Assembly (NCBI GenBank): GCA_963796875.1
Contig: CAWCNL010000004.1
Span: 43,616-107,615, forward strand
Reading direction: 5' to 3'
Source: an uncultured Actinomycetes bacterium
GTDB taxonomy: Bacteria > Actinomycetota > Thermoleophilia > Gaiellales > JAICJC01
DNA length: 64,000 nt
Shown here one piece after another: positions 31,843 through 42,748 of the stretch (position 1 is its first letter; each line of letters opens with the position of its first letter). The notes below the pieces were generated by a model. That model had not been told where the DNA came from, ran no database searches, and saw only the letters and a list, made by a program, of their open reading frames with translations. The position numbers and the translations under genes were made by a program.

Positions 31843-33040
31843 GTGGCGTTAGGTCACTCAAGGGATGAGGCTCGCCGTCCGATACCGGATGGAGTGATCA
31901 GGGGTCGGCTCCTTCATCTGACGCTCGCGGCGGCGGCGTGCGCCCTCATCTGGGTGGCACCGGCGCAGGCGGCGACCACAACGACGTTTGCGGACGTCTC
32001 GGCCAAGTCATGGGCGCGCACCCAGATCGGCTGGGCCGCCGCCAACGGCTGGGTGCAGCCGCGCACCGCCACCACCTTCGGCCCGCAGCGGGCGGCCACG
32101 CGGATGGCCGCGGCGCGGATGCTGGCCCAACTGGCAAAGCTCGAGCACGGCACGGCGATCGCCGCGAACCCGTACACCCAGGCCGTCGCCGCCGGGTGGA
32201 TCGGCGCCGGCACGGGTGCCGACCAGCAGATCCAGCAATGGGAACTCGACCAGGGCGTGCTGCGGGTGCTGGGCGTGATGCCGCAGGCCAAGGCGATCGG
32301 CCACCTGGTGACCGCCGACGGCTGGCGGCCGCCGCTGCCGTTCGCGTTCGGTATCGAACAGGCGATCCGCGCGATCGGCGCGCGCACCAACGCACCGGAC
32401 GGGTTCGACGCGTGGGAGACGTTCCCCAAGACGCCCCTGCGGCGGCTCAACCTGGCCGTCGAGGCCTATGCGGTCGCGCACCTCAGCTCCTACTGGCAGT
32501 ACTCGCTCGCCAACGAGACCAAGGTCGCCACGGCCCTTCCCGCCTACACGCCGCTGAAGCGCGCGGTGCTGGGCATGGCGCTGAAGTGGGCCGGATCGCC
32601 CTACGTGTGGGCGGGCGAGTGGCCCACCCCCGCGTCGCCCTACGGCGCGCAGGCATCGGGCGGGTTCGACTGCTCGGGGTTCGTGTGGTGGATCATGAAG
32701 GAGCACACCTACACCCTGCCCGGCGGGTTCAGTTGGAGCGGGAACGCGGCGATCCAGGGCCGCAGCACCTATGAGATGGCCCAGGCTCTGCCGGTCAAGA
32801 AGCGCATCCCCTACGCCAAACTGCACGCCGGCGACATCCTGTTCTGGTCGACCGCGCCCGACGGGCGTGAACACCAACTGGCAGACCGTCTATCACGCTG
32901 GGATCTACCTGGGTCAGGGCTGGGCGATCGACAGCATCGGCTCGGGCGACGGGGTCACGCTCAACTTCATGGGCGCCGGGGCGGGTTGGTTTCACGACGC
33001 GTTTGCCTTCGGCTGGCGCGTGATGCCCGCCGGACGCTAG
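31843..33040 (+). CDS. NlpC/P60 cell-wall peptidase with N-terminal SLH-like motif; one apparent frameshift (~32870); start may be GTG 31894
   Basis: Signal peptide; FADVSAKSWARTQIGWAAANGW (SLH-like); catalytic GFDCSGFVWW; HAGIYLGQGWAIDS in the second frame. Confidence 0.8.
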
Positions 33041-33051
33041 AACGCGTGCGA

Positions 33052-33057
33052 TAGCCT
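33052..33057 (+). promoter_or_regulatory. -10 hexamer TAGCCT for leaderless HD-domain gene
   Basis: TAGCCT-gcggcgc-GTG(33065), a 7-nt spacer. Confidence 0.45.
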
Positions 33058-33064
33058 GCGGCGC

Positions 33065-33970
33065 GTGACCGACGACGCCGACGAACCGCTCCCCGACCGC
33101 GAGGAGATCCCCCAGGGCGCCGATCCGGAGCCGGGTACGCCCGTCAGCCCGCGTGCCGAACGCGGCGCGCGGATGACGCCCAGCGAGGCGATCCGCGACA
33201 TGCGCATCACCCTGCCGGCGCGCGGCAACCGCACGCTGCGCGACGTGGTCGAGCGGGTCAACGGCGACGATTCGCATCAAGGCGCTGTGGCACGCCGCCA
33301 ACGTCAACGCCGTGACCCGCATGCAGATCAACGATCACTCGTGGGTGCACATCCAGATCGTCACCAACATCGGTCTGAAGCTCCTGCGCGAGCTGAAGCG
33401 GGCCGGCGTCGAGCCGGGGATGGTGGCCGACTACAGCATGCGCCAGGAGGATGCCGAGGTCGTGGTGGTGCTCGGCTGTCTGACCCACTGCCTGGGCATG
33501 GCGGTGCACCGAAACGGGCATGAGGAGATGAGCCTCTTTCTGGCCGCCGACCGGCTCCCGCGGCTGCTGGAAGGCATCTACGACGAGCCCGAGCGCACCA
33601 TCGTGCAGGCCGAGGTGCTGCAGACGATCATCTCGCACCGCTCCGACGGCCAGCCGCTGTCGGTCGAGGCGGGCGTCGTACGCGTGGCCGACGCGCTCGA
33701 CATGGCCAAGGGCCGCTCGCGGATCCCGTTCGAGGCTGGGCGGGTGTCGATCCACTCGCTGTCGGCTGCGGCGATCGAGGCCGTGCATCTCACCACGACA
33801 CCGGTCACGTGCTGATCGACGTCGAGATGAACAACTCGGCCGGGCTCTACCAGGTCGACAACCTGCTGCGCAGCAAGCTGCGCGGATCGGGCCTCGAGGA
33901 GCACATCAACGTGCGGGCCACCATCGAGGGCGAGTCCGAGAAGCGCCTGCTGCCCTCGTTCGAGCTCTGA
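33065..33970 (+). CDS. HD-domain phosphohydrolase-like protein; two apparent frameshifts (~33285, ~33800)
   Basis: HSWVHIQIV...CLTHCLGMAVHR...RVADALDM (H..HD-like metal ligands) in the central frame. N- and C-terminal extensions lie in other frames and end at TGA 33968-33970. Confidence 0.6.
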
Positions 33971-33971
33971 T

Positions 33972-34427
33972 TCACGCGCGCCGGGCCGACGGCGGCACCG
34001 CGACGTGCAGCACCACGTCCACCACCCCTGCCGGGCCGCCGAGCTTTGCGACTCGCACGTCCCATGCACCCGCCGGCAACGGGCACCATTCGATCGAAAC
34101 CGTGCACACCGTCCGCCGGCGGAGCGTGCTGCATGACTCCGCATCGGCCGGGCGCACGGTCCCGGCGAAGAGCCGGACGCTCACCCTGGGAAGCTCGACG
34201 CTCGCGCGCACCCGCGAACCCAAGGGTGCGCTGACGCGGTAGAGCAGCACGGCCCCCGGCGGCCGCGCGACCCGCACCGCGGCGTGCTGGCGGCCGTGTC
34301 CGAACCGCACCGAGACGACCGTGCCGTGCACGGTCAACCTCGGGGGCGGTGCGACCGCGGTGGTGCCACATCCAGCCATGATCACGGCAGCGAGTGCCAC
34401 CACCGGCGTATATCGGACACGGCTCAT
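33972..34427 (-). CDS. hypothetical lipoprotein
   Basis: MSRVRYTPVVALAAVIMAGCG lipobox. Intact ORF. Confidence 0.55.
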   Translation of the reverse strand: MSRVRYTPVVALAAVIMAGCGTTAVAPPPRLTVHGTVVSVRFGHGRQHAAVRVARPPGAVLLYRVSAPLGSRVRASVELPRVSVRLFAGTVRPADAESCSTLRRRTVCTVSIEWCPLPAGAWDVRVAKLGGPAGVVDVVLHVAVPPSARRA

Positions 34428-34465
34428 CTCCCGAGATACGCACACGCCCGGCGCGTACGTCCCGG

Positions 34466-35690
34466 CTAGCGCAGCTGCTCGGGCGCAAAGCCCGCGGCGC
34501 GCTTGTACCGGGCGGCGATTTCCTCGAGCTCTGCGGCGGAAATCACGTCCTGCACGTCGGCGAACCCGGCGGGTGCCCGTTCCTCGGCCAGCTGCATGAC
34601 CTGCTCGGGGCCGTTCTGGCGGTTGAGCAGCACGATCTGCGACGTGGCGGGGCGGCGCTCGGCCTCGTAGGCCGCGAAATCGGGGCTCGCAGCGAGCGCG
34701 GCCGCATCGAGGATCGCCTGGGAAGCGCCATTTGAGCCGATCGGATACATCGGGTGGGCCGCGTCACCGAGCAGCGTCACGCGGTCGGTGCCCCACCGCT
34801 CGAGTGGGTCGCGGTCGGCCAGCGGATACTCGTACACCGTCTCGGCCCCATCGATCAGCGCCGGTATGTCGAGCCAGTCGAACCGCCACTCCGCAAACGC
34901 GTCCCGAAAGAGGTCGGGCGACACGATCCGCGACCAGTCCTGCGGTGGCGGACCGTCGCCGGCGACCGGCAGCTCGGCGATCCAGTTGATCGTCTGGCGC
35001 CCATCGCCGTCGGGCGGCGTGATCGGATAGCACACGAACTTGCGGTCCTGGTAGCCGGCCATGATCATGGTGCGGCCGGTCAGAAACGGGGTCGGCGCGG
35101 GTGACCGACCGCCACAGCATCCGGCCCGAGTACCGGGTCCCCGATTCGGTCGGATGGAGCAGTGCACGCACCGCCGAGTGGATGCCGTCGGCGCCCACCA
35201 GCAGCCGCCCGCGGGCTGACTCGACCGGTCGCCCGTCCCGGCCGTCTCGCAGATCGATCTCGACACCCTCGGGCAGCTCGCGCACGCCGCACACTGCGCG
35301 GGCGGTGGCGACGGACTCCGTGCCCAGCCGCTCGCGCACGGCATCCAGCAGCACCTGCTGAAGCACACCGCGATGCAGCGAGAGCTGCGGATAGCGGTAG
35401 CCCGCCGCGACTCCCCGCGGCTCTGACCAGATCAGCTGGCCGTGGCGGTTGTAGTAGGCGAGTTCGGCGGTTGCAACGGCGGTCTGGGCGAGCCGATCCT
35501 CCAGGTCGAGCTCGCGCAGCACCCGCACCGCGTGAGGCAGCAGATTGATGCCAACGCCCAGGGGACGGATCTCGCGGGACGCCTCGAATACCCGGCACCC
35601 GACACCGTGGGCGTGCAGGCAGAGCGCGAGCGTGAGGCCGCCGATGCCGCCACCGGCGATCAGCACATCGTCGTCGTTACCGGTGGGCAC
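34466..35690 (-). CDS. FAD-dependent aromatic-ring monooxygenase (salicylate/3-hydroxybenzoate hydroxylase-like); one apparent frameshift (~35095)
   Basis: VLIAGGGIGGLTLAL (GxGxxG), LLVGADGIHSAVR (DG motif), LLGDAAHPMYPIGSNGASQAI (GD motif). Confidence 0.85.
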
Positions 35691-35766
35691 CGCCGAAGCC
35701 TAACGGCGCCCCAGGGTGAGGCGAGGCTCACCGGTGGGTATTGGGCCACCAAACGGGAGGTGCTTC

Positions 35767-36294
35767 ATGCACGAACGAACCGACAGCTGGCGGCAGATGC
35801 ACTGGGAGGATGGGGTTGTGTATGCCGCCACGCTCGTCGGCATCTACCTGCTCTTTGGCGTGCTCTTCTTCTACAGCGCCAAGTCAAAGTTGATCGACGG
35901 TCACGGGGCGCCACCGGGGATCGTCAAGCAGTTCCAGGGTACATTCGTCTCGACGTTCCCAGGCATCGACGCGATCTGGTGGTTTCTCGGTATCCTCGCG
36001 GATCGGATCTTCGTGCTGCTTCTGGTGAGCCTCGTGCGGCTCGAATTCCTGCCCGAGCGGCGCAAGCAGTTCCTGCTCTCGGGGCTGGGCGTGGCGCTGT
36101 TCACGTTCGCCGTGCTCGCCACCGGCCAGAACATCACAGGTCAGACAACGGGCGTCGCCGAACTCTTCCTCTATGTCGGAGCCACGGCGGTGTTGATGCT
36201 GATCGTGCTGCGTCTGCCGCCCTACGGAGGACTGCGCTGGATCAGCGGCCGGCGTCCCGGACGGTCCGGGGCGGACGCGCCGGAATCCGCGTAG
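35767..36294 (+). CDS. hypothetical 4-TM membrane protein
   Basis: GGGAGG SD upstream of ATG 35767. Hydrophobic segments VVYAATLVGIYLLFGVLFFY, IWWFLGILADRIFVLLLV, GVALFTFAVLA, LFLYVGATAVLMLIVL. Confidence 0.55.
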   Translation: MHERTDSWRQMHWEDGVVYAATLVGIYLLFGVLFFYSAKSKLIDGHGAPPGIVKQFQGTFVSTFPGIDAIWWFLGILADRIFVLLLVSLVRLEFLPERRKQFLLSGLGVALFTFAVLATGQNITGQTTGVAELFLYVGATAVLMLIVLRLPPYGGLRWISGRRPGRSGADAPESA

Positions 36295-36487
36295 CGGTGG
36301 GTGCGCCGGCCGGATGGTCGCCGCGGCGGCCACCGGTGGGCGGCCGCGACTGCCATCGCCACGCGCCTCCGTCGCCGCGCGGCAGGTTGCCATCGGATCG
36401 AATAAGATCGCGAATGATCAGCCAGGCGACCGAGCCCGCCACCACATGCAGGGCGATCACGGCGCCGATGAGCCACGTCGTCTCCAC
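36242..36487 (-). CDS. small single-TM protein, hypothetical (3' part doubtful)
   Basis: The leaderless pattern TACACT-N7-GTG(36487) supports the start. TM helix TTWLIGAVIALHVVAGSVAWLII. The tail overlaps the convergent gene. Confidence 0.35.
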   Translation of the reverse strand: METTWLIGAVIALHVVAGSVAWLIIRDLIRSDGNLPRGDGGAWRWQSRPPTGGRRGDHPAGAPTATRIPARPPRTVRDAGR

Positions 36488-36494
36488 CAGTCGC

Positions 36495-36500
36495 AGTGTA
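36495..36500 (-). promoter_or_regulatory. -10 hexamer TACACT
   Basis: Minus strand reads TACACT-GCGACTG-GTG(36487). Confidence 0.35.
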
Positions 36501-36541
36501 CGGTCTGAATCCCCCGAGTGAGATTTCCGAGGAGCAGACCA

Positions 36542-37117
36542 ATGTTGATGTACGACCTGGAAGAGTCGGGCAACTGCTACAAGGTGCGGCTGCTCGCGGC
36601 ACAGCTCGTGCTACCACTGCAACTCGAGCCGCTGGACGAGGATCGGCGCGAGGAGACGCTCGGGTCGCTGAATCCGGTGCTCGAGGTGCCCACACTCGTG
36701 CTTGACGACGGCAGCGCCCTCGCCCAGTCGGGCGCCATCCTGCTGTACCTGGCCGAGGGAACGCCATATCTGCCCGGCGATCCGTACCTGCGCGCGCAGG
36801 TGGCCCAGTGGTTGCTGTTCGAACAGACCGCGCACGCGCCGATCGCCGAGACGCGCTACTGGCTCCTGTGGAGCGATCCGGCGGAGTACACCGGACGCCT
36901 GGCCGACGAACAGGCGGCGGGGTACGACGCACTCGGGATACTCGAGGCGCACCTCACCGGTCGGCAGTTCCTGGTCGGAGAGGCGTACTCGGTGGCCGAC
37001 ATCGCTCTCTACGCCTACACCCACATCGCCGACCAGGGCGGGTACGACCTTGCTCCGTACCCTGCGGTACGCGCGTGGCTCGCGCGGGTGGCCGATCAGC
37101 CAGGTTACGTGCCATGA
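36542..37117 (+). CDS. glutathione S-transferase family protein
   Basis: GAGGAG SD 9 nt upstream. Thioredoxin-like N-domain (NPVLEVPTLVLDDGSALAQSGAILLYL) and helical C-domain (FLVGEAYSVADIALY). Confidence 0.85.
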   Translation: MLMYDLEESGNCYKVRLLAAQLVLPLQLEPLDEDRREETLGSLNPVLEVPTLVLDDGSALAQSGAILLYLAEGTPYLPGDPYLRAQVAQWLLFEQTAHAPIAETRYWLLWSDPAEYTGRLADEQAAGYDALGILEAHLTGRQFLVGEAYSVADIALYAYTHIADQGGYDLAPYPAVRAWLARVADQPGYVP

Positions 37118-37171
37118 TGATGGCCTGAGTCCGGGATCGACTGTTCGGCCTTCACGGGCTCGGCCGGCCGT

Positions 37172-38662
37172 CTAGCCGATGCCGGCGTGGAATCGGACGG
37201 CTCGGTCGGTGGCGCTGGCGAGCCTGACCGTGGCCAGCAGGTGCGCGATCGTCTGACGCTGTGAATCAGTGGGCGTGCCCGCGGAAGGAGCCTTTGTGAG
37301 CAGCCATTGAGCGAGAGCTGCTCGCGCCTCGGTGCGCAGGTCGGAGTCCGTGTCGTCATTCAGTGTGAGTGCCGCGATCAGCCCGTTCCAGGAGGCGCGG
37401 CGCGAGCTGACCCGCAGAGCCGCGCGTCGACTCCACAGCTGCGGCGAACTCACCGCTCCGACGAACTGCTCGTGGCTCAGTTGGAGGCCGGCGCGGATCA
37501 AGCCGGTAGCAGCTTCGCGCACGACGCCGGGTTGGTCGTCCTGCAGTAGAGGCGGCAGACGCTCGGCCAGAACCTCGCGCGGAGCGATCCGCGCGAGCGA
37601 TCGAGTCGCAGCACGGCGATTCTCAGGGGTCTCGACGAACGGCAGTAGGCGCGAGACATCCGTTTCGTCTCCCACTTCGCCGAGCCCAGCGACGGCCGCT
37701 CGAGCGGGTAGGTTGGCCCGATAGACGTCGATCGCGACGACCCCGGCAGCGGCAGCGCGATCCTGTGCCCGACTCCGGACAAGCGCACTGCGGTCAAGCA
37801 ACACGCGCTCGATGAAGGGCTGGATTGCCTCCTCGCTGAGTTGAGTAACGACTGCGGCGCGGGCGTGGGCACCGCCGCGGTTCAGGAGCGTGGTCGCTAC
37901 TTCCGGGCCAGTCGCTAACGCTCGAAGGGTGGCCAGATGCCGACAGCGTGTATCGGGATCTCCCAATGCGATGACGATCAGCTCATCGACATCGAACTCG
38001 GCATGATCGATGGCGAATGCTCGGACGGTCGCCTGGTTAGCGTGAATCAGCTGATGGATCACGTCTGATGTCAGCCGAGCGGTGTAGTCGACCATGAAGA
38101 CGTCCGCCTGCCAGCGCCGCCGACCGGTGATCAGTATCGGCAGGATGGCCGCTGCCGAGGTCGCATCGACCCGCTCGAGCACCACAGATCGGGCCTGCGT
38201 TCTCACCTCATCCACGTGGTCGAAGACGCGTACCGCTGTGGCGATGATCGCCAAGGGGTCGTCCCGCCGGGTGAGGAGCCGCAGAACGTGTTCACGAAGG
38301 AACCCGTCTGGATGCGTGGAGGCAAGCGCGAGCAGCATTGACGTTGCACCGCGCGCATCTACCGCAGCCCGCCAGCGTTGCTGCGAACTCGCACCAACAC
38401 CGGAGGCTATGCGTCGATTAAGCAGACGCATGAGTCGATTTTGGCGCCTCTTCGACAGGTCGGAGCGCGGGACAGCGAGCTCGTTCCATTTACGATCCAA
38501 GCGTGCCGAGTCGAGCCGCAGCCACCGGGCCGCCGGCCAACGTATCAGCGCCTCGGCGACGGCCTCGTAATCATCTGAGTGCGGGGTTTCGGCGATCGCG
38601 ACGAGCGCCTGGATCCGACCTGGTGGATCCAGGAGTGCGGCGTGGACGTCCTCAGATGGCAT
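37172..38662 (-). CDS. HEAT/ARM-like repeat protein, function unknown
   Basis: Intact 496-aa ORF with recurring D-x-D/P-x-VR-x-x-A-x-x-x-L helical repeats (DDPLAIIATAVRV, DPDTRCRHLATLRALA, DRSALVRSRAQDRA, DDQPGVVREAATGLIRAG). Spot G+C counts are 55-67%, lower than flanking genes. Confidence 0.6.
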   Translation of the reverse strand: MPSEDVHAALLDPPGRIQALVAIAETPHSDDYEAVAEALIRWPAARWLRLDSARLDRKWNELAVPRSDLSKRRQNRLMRLLNRRIASGVGASSQQRWRAAVDARGATSMLLALASTHPDGFLREHVLRLLTRRDDPLAIIATAVRVFDHVDEVRTQARSVVLERVDATSAAAILPILITGRRRWQADVFMVDYTARLTSDVIHQLIHANQATVRAFAIDHAEFDVDELIVIALGDPDTRCRHLATLRALATGPEVATTLLNRGGAHARAAVVTQLSEEAIQPFIERVLLDRSALVRSRAQDRAAAAGVVAIDVYRANLPARAAVAGLGEVGDETDVSRLLPFVETPENRRAATRSLARIAPREVLAERLPPLLQDDQPGVVREAATGLIRAGLQLSHEQFVGAVSSPQLWSRRAALRVSSRRASWNGLIAALTLNDDTDSDLRTEARAALAQWLLTKAPSAGTPTDSQRQTIAHLLATVRLASATDRAVRFHAGIG

Positions 38663-39125
38663 CAGGCGACTGATTCCAAGCGTCGGCTCCGCCGTCCGCT
38701 ACCCGGTCGGTCAACTGCCGAGCGGCTGGAGCCTGACCGTATTCGAGGTCGGTTACGTGGTCGCCCCATTCGACGACGGCGCCATGCCCGTCGGCCTGCT
38801 GGATTGCGACGTGGCTCATGAACCGCTGCGGATGGGCGCCGTGCCAGTGATCCTCGCCGGGTTCGAAGAACACCCGGTCGCCGGGACGGATCAGCTCGAC
38901 TGCCCCTCCCCGCCGCTGGCAGACGCCCACTCCGTCGGTCACCCAGATCGTCTGGCCATGCGGGTGCGTGTGCCAGGCGGTGCGGGCGCCCGGCGCGAAG
39001 TGCACATGGGCCGATCCAACGTCCGAGCCGTTCCCCGGGGCGGCGATCGTGTCGAGATGCACCGTGCCCGTGAACCACTCCCCCGGCCCCCGCACACTCT
39101 CTTGGTGGTTTCGCGTGATCTGCAT
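38652..39125 (-). CDS. cupin-domain protein
   Basis: GARTAWHTHPHGQTIWV...GDRVFFEPGEDHWHGA (cupin motifs 1 and 2). 11-nt overlap with the HEAT-repeat gene. Confidence 0.8.
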   Translation of the reverse strand: MQITRNHQESVRGPGEWFTGTVHLDTIAAPGNGSDVGSAHVHFAPGARTAWHTHPHGQTIWVTDGVGVCQRRGGAVELIRPGDRVFFEPGEDHWHGAHPQRFMSHVAIQQADGHGAVVEWGDHVTDLEYGQAPAARQLTDRVADGGADAWNQSPDAI

Positions 39126-39138
39126 CGGGTCGCCTCTC

Positions 39139-39144
39139 AGCCTA
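39139..39144 (-). promoter_or_regulatory. -10 hexamer TAGGCT upstream of cupin/HEAT operon
   Basis: Minus strand reads TAGGCT-GAGAGGCGACCCG-ATG(39125), implying a short leader with GAGAGG. Confidence 0.35.
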
Positions 39145-39152
39145 CCGATAGC

Positions 39153-39509
39153 ATGCACCCCATGGATCACGACACGCGATTCGACCGTATGTACACCGCG
39201 TTCAACGCCCGCGACGCCGACGCGGTGCTCGGGTTCATGGCCGACGACGTCGAGTGGCCAAAGGCGTTCGAGGGCGGCTACGTGCAGGGCAAGGATGCCG
39301 TGCGCGACTACTGGCACCGGCAGTGGACGGAGATCTCGCCGACCGTCATCCCGGTGTCGCAGACCCAGCGGCCCGACGGCACCGTCGATGTCGAGGTCGA
39401 TCAGGTCGTGCGCAGCATCGACGGCGCGTTGCTCGACCACCGCACAGTGCATCACATCTACACGTTCGAGGGCGAGAGCATCGTGCGGATGGACGTGGTC
39501 GCGCTTTAG
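39153..39509 (+). CDS. SnoaL-like/NTF2-fold protein
   Basis: FDRMYTAFNARDADAVLGFMADDVEWP...VRDYW pattern typical of SnoaL-like domains. Confidence 0.7.
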   Translation: MHPMDHDTRFDRMYTAFNARDADAVLGFMADDVEWPKAFEGGYVQGKDAVRDYWHRQWTEISPTVIPVSQTQRPDGTVDVEVDQVVRSIDGALLDHRTVHHIYTFEGESIVRMDVVAL

Positions 39510-41478
39510 GACGACGCGGCCGGATCGGGTCGCGAATCGGCCGTGGCCATGCGCACTGGCGCGGGCTGTCCGTCGATTCGCAGCGCGGGTTTGGGGAGTT
39601 GGCCCTCGGCCCACAACACGGCGAGCGCGCAGCGGGGAAGCGCCAGGTGCTGCTGGTAGATGAGGTAGCGCGGTCGCCATTCGGGAGCGAACTTGGCGTT
39701 GAACCGGTACAGCCGCTCGATCTGGAACCATCGGTCGGCAAGCCTCAGCGCAGCGCCGAGCGCGCGGTCGAGACGGTTCGCGGGTGCACGAACTGCCGGC
39801 CGAACGCCGCGAAGTTGAGCGAGATCTCATCCACCCCGCGGGCACCCAGATCCTCGATCGAGCGCACGATCAGGTACTCCATGAGCCCATTGACCGCGTC
39901 TGGGCGGCGTCTCATCATGGCAAGCGACATGCCGGAGTTCCCCGCGTGGGGGACGAACTGGATGAACCCCGCCACTTCGTGGCGTTCATCTCGCGCAATC
40001 ATGACGAGCGTGTCCTGCTGCGCCGGGCCGCCGAGTTCATCCAGGGCCATCGAGAAGCCGCGCTCCTCGGCGCCGCCGCGCCATTCCGCGGACACCGTCT
40101 CGAGTTCGGCCAGCACTCTCGCGGTGACGAGGCGCATCTCGACGAGTTCGGCGTGGTAGCCGGCGCGTGCCAGACGGGCGACCGACTGGCGCACCTTGCG
40201 TATCGAACGGCCTTCCAGCGAGAAACTCGCCGGCCTGACGACTGCTTCATCCCCGATGTACAGGGCGCGGAGGCCCTCGTCGACGCACCAGTCGCGCAAC
40301 GACAGGCTCGCACCGATCACGGCAAAGCGCAGGTCGTGTTTGTCGGCCCACGTCACCGCCTCGACCATCAACGCGCGCACTTCGTGGGCCTCTCCGACGG
40401 GGTTCCCCGACACGAGGAGCACGCCGTTTTCGACTCGGTAACCGATAAACGCCGTCCTCCCGCGATTCCACAGATACTGCTTGTCGGTGCGCAGCTTGAA
40501 GTAGCTCAGGGCATCGTCGCCGTGGCGTGCCACAACCTGCCGGGCGCGGTCGCGCTCGATCTCGCCGGGGAACTCGCTGACAGGAGCGACCGGGCGGAAG
40601 AGCGCCCACGCCACCACGAGCATCGTGATCAGCGAAAGTGCGCCGATCGCCTGCGGCACGAACCGGTACTCGTCTCCGAATGCGAGGGGTGGCGGCTCCC
40701 AGATCAGCATGTTCCAGCTGGTCTGGAGAACGCGATCAACGCTGGGCCGACCCGATGCCGCGGACCATGCGGCGACGGTGCTCAGCGCCAGAGTGGACAA
40801 GCCCAGTGCGGCGGCCACGCCCGCGGACACCCTCAGACGAAGGGGGCCTGGCGGCACCGAAAACCCGGCGCGCCCCCACCAGAGCAGCGCGGCTGCAGCC
40901 CATGCGACCAGAGCCTCCTCCACATCGAGCCCCTTGAGGACGTTCAGGACACCCAGGATGAGAAGCAGGCCGAGGGCGATTTGCCAGGCGCGCTGTCGAC
41001 GCCGCCACAGGTAGTACGACGCGATCAGCAACGCCCACCCCACCGGTATGACCGCGGCGTGGAATACCGCGGCGGTATGGACGGGGGCGTAGTCAAGCAG
41101 CAGGTGCCCCCGCCAGGAGATGTTCGGGGTCAGAGCCGACACGATGGAGGCGACCGCCACCCCGGCCACCAGAACCGCTGAGAGTGGCGGTAGCCAGTCC
41201 GCTTTGGTGGTGGGTCGCAGGAGCTTCGGAGGCCGATGGAGGCCGAGCGTCCACGACGCGGTGTCGCGCCGATGCGGGGTGATGTCACGCCAGTCCTTGG
41301 CGATCGCCCAGAGCCCGACCAGCGCGATGGCGTAGGCAGCAAGGCCCCCAGTGAGGACATCGGTCAGGTCAAGTACGCCCAGCACGAGCAGGATTCCCAC
41401 CCCGAGGTGCCACTCGTGGATGCGTCTTCCGAAGATGAATACTCGGGGCCCTAAGGCGTGTTGTTCAATCCGCACCAT
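39506..41478 (-). CDS. MprF/LysX-like aminoacyl-phosphatidylglycerol synthase (TM domain plus DUF2156); one apparent frameshift (~39785)
   Basis: Multi-TM N-terminal half. C-terminal half has ALSYFKLRTDKQY, FIGYRVENGVLLVSGNPVG, RFAVIGAS. After the frame switch: RWFQIERLYRFNAKFAPEWRPRYLIY. Confidence 0.75.
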
Positions 41479-41553
41479 GGTGTTTTCCCAGATCTCCAGC
41501 TGAGGGCGCGTAACAGTTCACTCCCGCGGCATTTGAGCCGGCAGCGCACCAAC

Positions 41554-41559
41554 TACAAT
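41554..41559 (+). promoter_or_regulatory. -10 hexamer TACAAT
   Basis: TACAAT lies 10 nt upstream of TTG 41570. Confidence 0.35.
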
Positions 41560-41569
41560 CGTACCCACG

Positions 41570-42052
41570 TTGAGCGAGCCACCAACGAGCGCAAATCCTC
41601 GCCCCCCGAAAGTGGCGACCGAGCCACCCGCGCCGCGAGTGGTGGGTCCGCTCTTTGCGCTCCTGGCAGGCGGGCTCCTGCTGTGGACGGGCTACCTTGC
41701 GATCTCGTTGCCGAGCCGTCACGTCGCCCAGAACTGGAACGTCGCGTGGGCCGGCTTTGACCTCGCGCTCGCCATCGTGCTCGCTCTTGTCGCATACGGC
41801 GCACTGCGCTGCCGGACATGGGTGCAGAGTGCCGCCGGAGCGGCCGCAGCACTCCTCGCCATGGACGCCTGGTTCGACATGACGACCGCAGATCAGGGCT
41901 GGGACAAGCTCGAGGCCATCGTGCTCGCGTGCACGTCGGAGATCCCCCTGGCTCTCGTGTGCCTGTGGATTGCCGCGAACGCGGCCCGGGTCTCCGCAAC
42001 AGCGAGGCGCTACGCGCTGATCGTCTCGCGACGGCGGGCCGCGGACGTCTGA
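41570..42052 (+). CDS. hypothetical 4-TM membrane protein
   Basis: Intact 160-aa ORF. TM segments PLFALLAGGLLLWTGYLAI, WAGFDLALAIVLALVAYGAL, AAGAAAALLAMDAWF, EIPLALVCLWIAA. Confidence 0.55.
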   Translation: MSEPPTSANPRPPKVATEPPAPRVVGPLFALLAGGLLLWTGYLAISLPSRHVAQNWNVAWAGFDLALAIVLALVAYGALRCRTWVQSAAGAAAALLAMDAWFDMTTADQGWDKLEAIVLACTSEIPLALVCLWIAANAARVSATARRYALIVSRRRAADV

Positions 42053-42108
42053 TCGGTCACCCTCACAGGGCTGACCGGGCGGCATGCCACCAACGGACAC
42101 ATGAAACT

Positions 42109-42720
42109 GGCAGCGCCGCACACCGGCAGGTGCTCGCTGCAGCTCTACGGCGCGACGAACAAACAGAAGATGACGCGGCGGGGGCCTGGGTGTATGCGCC
42201 GCGCCAGTACCAGCGGCTGTGCGTGATGATCGACGAGCGAGACGCACGTGGTACGTTCGTGCAGCAGACGGCGAGCTGCATCCGGGTGCAGCAGGCCCGC
42301 GAGTGGGAGCACATCCACGCCCAGGTGGGAGAACCGCGTGACCGGCCATACGTTCACCGTCGCCGTGCAGGCCCGCGGGCCCCGCGCCGGGGACTGGTTC
42401 GATGTCGACGACGTGACGCTCACCGTCGGGCTTCTGCCCAACCCCGTCGTCCCGCCGACGCTGATCGGTGGCGCCCATGGTCGGACACACCCTGACCGTC
42501 GATACCGGCACCTGGCAGAACGGTCCGCTGACGTTTACCTACGGGTGGCTGGCCTGCCTCATCGTGTGCAGAGCGCTTGAGCGCGGGACGACGCCTACAT
42601 CGACCTATGTGGTGCAGCCGGAGGATGTCGGCTGGACGATCGGGGCCGGCGGAGAGGCTCGCAACTCGGTGAGCTACACGTCTGGGGCACGGCCCCGACG
42701 GCACCGATCACGCCCTAGTC
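42109..42720 (+). pseudogene. remnant of a surface/secreted protein (CBM-like plus Ig-like repeat), fragmented over four or more frames, lacking N-terminus
   Basis: Fragments AWVYAPRQYQRLCVMID...WEHIHAQV, GHTFTVAVQARGPRAGDWFDVDDVTLTV (CBM-like ending) and GHTLTVDTGTWQNGPLTFTYGW...TSTYVVQPEDVGWTI (Ig-like surface repeat). Confidence 0.45.
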
Positions 42721-42748
42721 GTCATGTACTGGCGGAACGGCCGGCTGG

